Part shown: in pieces, positions 45,841 through 47,872 of the stretch
Position numbering within the stretch: the stretch's first letter is position 1
Layout of the letters: every line of letters begins with the position of its first letter
DNA from: Nocardioides sp.
Lineage (GTDB): Bacteria; Actinomycetota; Actinomycetes; Propionibacteriales; Nocardioidaceae
Length of the DNA: 47,872 nucleotides
Assembly: GCA_039914485.1 (NCBI GenBank)
Contig: JBDSPC010000085.1
Coordinates: 1 to 47,872 of the forward strand
Direction of reading: 5' to 3'
Translations under genes and position numbers: made by a program
Notes under the pieces: generated by a model
What the model saw: only the letters and a program-made list of their open reading frames with translations
What the model was told of the DNA's origin: nothing
Database searches by the model: none

Positions 45841-46872
45841 TCACAGACGACCGTCGGCGACGGCCTGCGTCACCCACGGGATGACCTCGTCGAGCATGAC
45901 GTCCAGCGAGGTGCTGCACTCGAACCCCAGCACGTCCTTGGCCTTCTGCACGTCCGGGACGCGCTTCTGCACGTCGTACTCGTAGGCCTCGTCGCTGACC
46001 AGCGTCAGGGGTGCGTCGCCCTTGATCTTGCGCCAGATCACCTCGGCGAGCTCGCGGACGGTGGCGGACTCGGGCGTCGAGATGTTGAAGTCCTCGTTGT
46101 AGGCCCCGTCCTGACTCATGCACTCGACGATGCCCCGGGCGAGGTCGCCGCCGTACGTGTAGTGACGCACCTGGTTGCCCTCGCCGAGGATGTGCAAGGG
46201 GTCCTGGCCCTTGACGATCTTCTGCACGAGGTCCGGGACGACATGGCTCATGGCGAGCTTCACGTTGCCGGAGGCCACCTCGACGTCGCCGAGGGCGCGG
46301 CCCTCACCGATGCCGACGCAGTTGAACGGGCGCACGATCGTGTACGGCAGCTGGTACTGCTCGAACGCGGCCCTCGCGAAGTACTCCACGGCCAGCTTCT
46401 GGAAGCCGTACGACGACAGCGGCGGCGGGATCCTGCGCTCGTCGCCCTCCTTGGAGGGCCAGTGCTCGGTGGACTCGAAGACCATCGAGCTGGAGAGGTA
46501 GGTGACCTTCTTCAGCTTGCCGTGCCGGAAGGCCTCGATCGCCGCGTCGCACTGCGAGGCCATGATCCGCTCGTTCTGCGCGAGCAGGTCGTAGGCGTAG
46601 GCGTGGAAGTAGGAGATGCCGCCGATCAGGGCGGCACCCGCGATGAAGTGGTCACAGTCGGCGAGCAGCTTCTTCATCACGTCGACGTTGCGGCAGTCTT
46701 CTTCGTGGAAGTGGTAGTTGGGGTGGCTGTCGTAGGACTTCTCGACCTTGCCGTACTTCGAGTAGTTGTCGATGCCGACGACGGTGTAGCCACGGCTGAG
46801 CAGCTCCTCGACGACATAGCCGCCGATGAAGCCGGCCGAACCCGACACGAGGACCTTCTGGTCGTTGCTCAC
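45841..46872 (-). CDS. NAD-dependent nucleotide-sugar epimerase/dehydratase (extended SDR)
   Basis: VSGSAGFIG, YLSSSMVF, YGFQK, RPFNCVG; GTGA overlap with the GT2 gene. Confidence 0.9.
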   Translation of the reverse strand: MSNDQKVLVSGSAGFIGGYVVEELLSRGYTVVGIDNYSKYGKVEKSYDSHPNYHFHEEDCRNVDVMKKLLADCDHFIAGAALIGGISYFHAYAYDLLAQNERIMASQCDAAIEAFRHGKLKKVTYLSSSMVFESTEHWPSKEGDERRIPPPLSSYGFQKLAVEYFARAAFEQYQLPYTIVRPFNCVGIGEGRALGDVEVASGNVKLAMSHVVPDLVQKIVKGQDPLHILGEGNQVRHYTYGGDLARGIVECMSQDGAYNEDFNISTPESATVRELAEVIWRKIKGDAPLTLVSDEAYEYDVQKRVPDVQKAKDVLGFECSTSLDVMLDEVIPWVTQAVADGRL

Positions 46873-47651
46873 GATGACGTTCCGTTCCTGGTGGTGACGC
46901 GCTGATTGAGGGCGGCGATCTTCGCCGCCTGCTGGGAGACCTGCTCGATGGTGAGTGCGGGCCCGAAGGCGAAGCGGTACCAGCGGAGGTACTTCGGGAT
47001 CCACGCCACCATGTCGAAGTTCGAGTCGCCGATGGTGCGGTCCAGCCAGATCGTCGAGAGCTCCGCGACCGGGCGGCGCAGGCGCCGGGCCTTCGCGGTC
47101 AGCTCGAGGCCGATCTCGAAGCCGCTGGTGCTGTGGATGCCGACCTCGCGGATGAACTGCGTGTTGTAGGCCTTGAAGCTGTTGGTCGCATCGTGCGTGC
47201 CGACGCGTGCGAGCATGCCGAGCGAGCGGCCGGCGCTCTTCGAGATGAGGCCCTTGAGCAGCGGCCCCCCGACCTGCTGGCCACCGGGGGAGTAGCGCGA
47301 CGCAGCCGCGACCACGACCCCGCGCTCGACGAGGCGGGACAGCGGGTCGATCTGCCGCGGGTCGTCCGAGCCGTCGGCCATGGTGACCACGACGACGTCG
47401 TGGCTGGCGTGGTCGATGCCGAAGCGGATCGCGTGCGCCGGCCCGCGCCCGTAGGTGTTGACGAGGAGCCCGAGTCCGTCGCCGAACCGGGGGTGGCCCT
47501 GCACCACGGGCACGGTGGTGTCTTCGGCGGAGTCGACCACGACGAGCAGCTCGAGGGTCGACTCGACGGCCTGGAAGATGCGGTCCAGGACGGGCACCAC
47601 GCCGTCCGCCTCGTTGTAGGCAGGGATCACGACGGTCACGGCCAGCGTCAT
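46869..47651 (-). CDS. Glycosyltransferase family 2 (DPM1-like polyprenol-phosphate glycosyltransferase)
   Basis: VVIPAYNE, TMADGSD, ASRYSPGG, DATNSFKAY; ATGA overlap with the upstream gene. Confidence 0.88.
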   Translation of the reverse strand: MTLAVTVVIPAYNEADGVVPVLDRIFQAVESTLELLVVVDSAEDTTVPVVQGHPRFGDGLGLLVNTYGRGPAHAIRFGIDHASHDVVVVTMADGSDDPRQIDPLSRLVERGVVVAAASRYSPGGQQVGGPLLKGLISKSAGRSLGMLARVGTHDATNSFKAYNTQFIREVGIHSTSGFEIGLELTAKARRLRRPVAELSTIWLDRTIGDSNFDMVAWIPKYLRWYRFAFGPALTIEQVSQQAAKIAALNQRVTTRNGTSS

Positions 47652-47872
47652 ACGGTCGTCCCGTTCCCCAGCAGGTTCCACACGTCCACGACGGGCTTGT
47701 TGGTCAGCACGTCGGCGTACGCCCGGTGCGGAGCGCCGATGACGAGCAGGTCGGAGCGCTCCAGGACCTCCTCGAGCGGCAGCAGCGAGTCGTCGACCGT
47801 GACGTAGGGGTCGGTGCAGAAGACCTCGCGCGAGCGGAACTCGAGGATCCGCTTGAGCTTGTAGGACAGGCT
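47648..47872 (-). CDS. Nucleotide-sugar dehydrogenase (UDP-glucose/GDP-mannose DH family), C-terminal part only
   Basis: Manual translation: SLSYKLKRILEF..CTDPYV..SDLLVIGAPHRAY..VVDVWNLLG*; runs off the window end. Confidence 0.78.
   Translation of the reverse strand, partial: SLSYKLKRILEFRSREVFCTDPYVTVDDSLLPLEEVLERSDLLVIGAPHRAYADVLTNKPVVDVWNLLGNGTTV

Noticed and set aside
1-47872. Transposase, integrase, prophage, rRNA or tRNA genes
   Set aside because: No supporting motifs seen in any frame or intergenic region.

Overview
High-GC actinobacterial chromosomal window whose gene content and repeat types suggest Nocardioides or a relative (inference). It holds about 45 genes, mostly housekeeping or accessory. 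These include a secreted endonuclease I, a four-gene conservon (cvnA-D) translationally coupled to an orphan solute-binding lipoprotein, a small alarmone synthetase, mug, an orphan Mod-like DNA methyltransferase, WS/DGAT, a BVMO/SDR/TetR unit, an OmpR-family two-component system, hrpA, rnd, hemE/hemG/hemQ and the end of a surface-glycosylation cluster. I found no rRNA, tRNA, CRISPR array or transposase. The best unexplained signals are non-coding. (1) A roughly 91-nt, multi-stem candidate small RNA at 32919-33009 (minus strand) has its own TAGACT -10 box and lies just downstream of an uncharacterised 200-aa gene. (2) A REP-doublet palindrome is inserted in frame in hrpA. (3) A MIRU-like 84-bp mini-ORF bridges two genes through ATGA overlaps. 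(4) Two related palindromic elements fill convergent intergenic gaps. (5) Three lipoprotein genes share a GGAACC-N16/17-CGTC ECF-type promoter. (6) Two gene relics remain: a duplicated endonuclease tail and a collapsed cysteine dioxygenase-rhodanese pair. All family assignments come from motif recognition by eye; no database searches were run.
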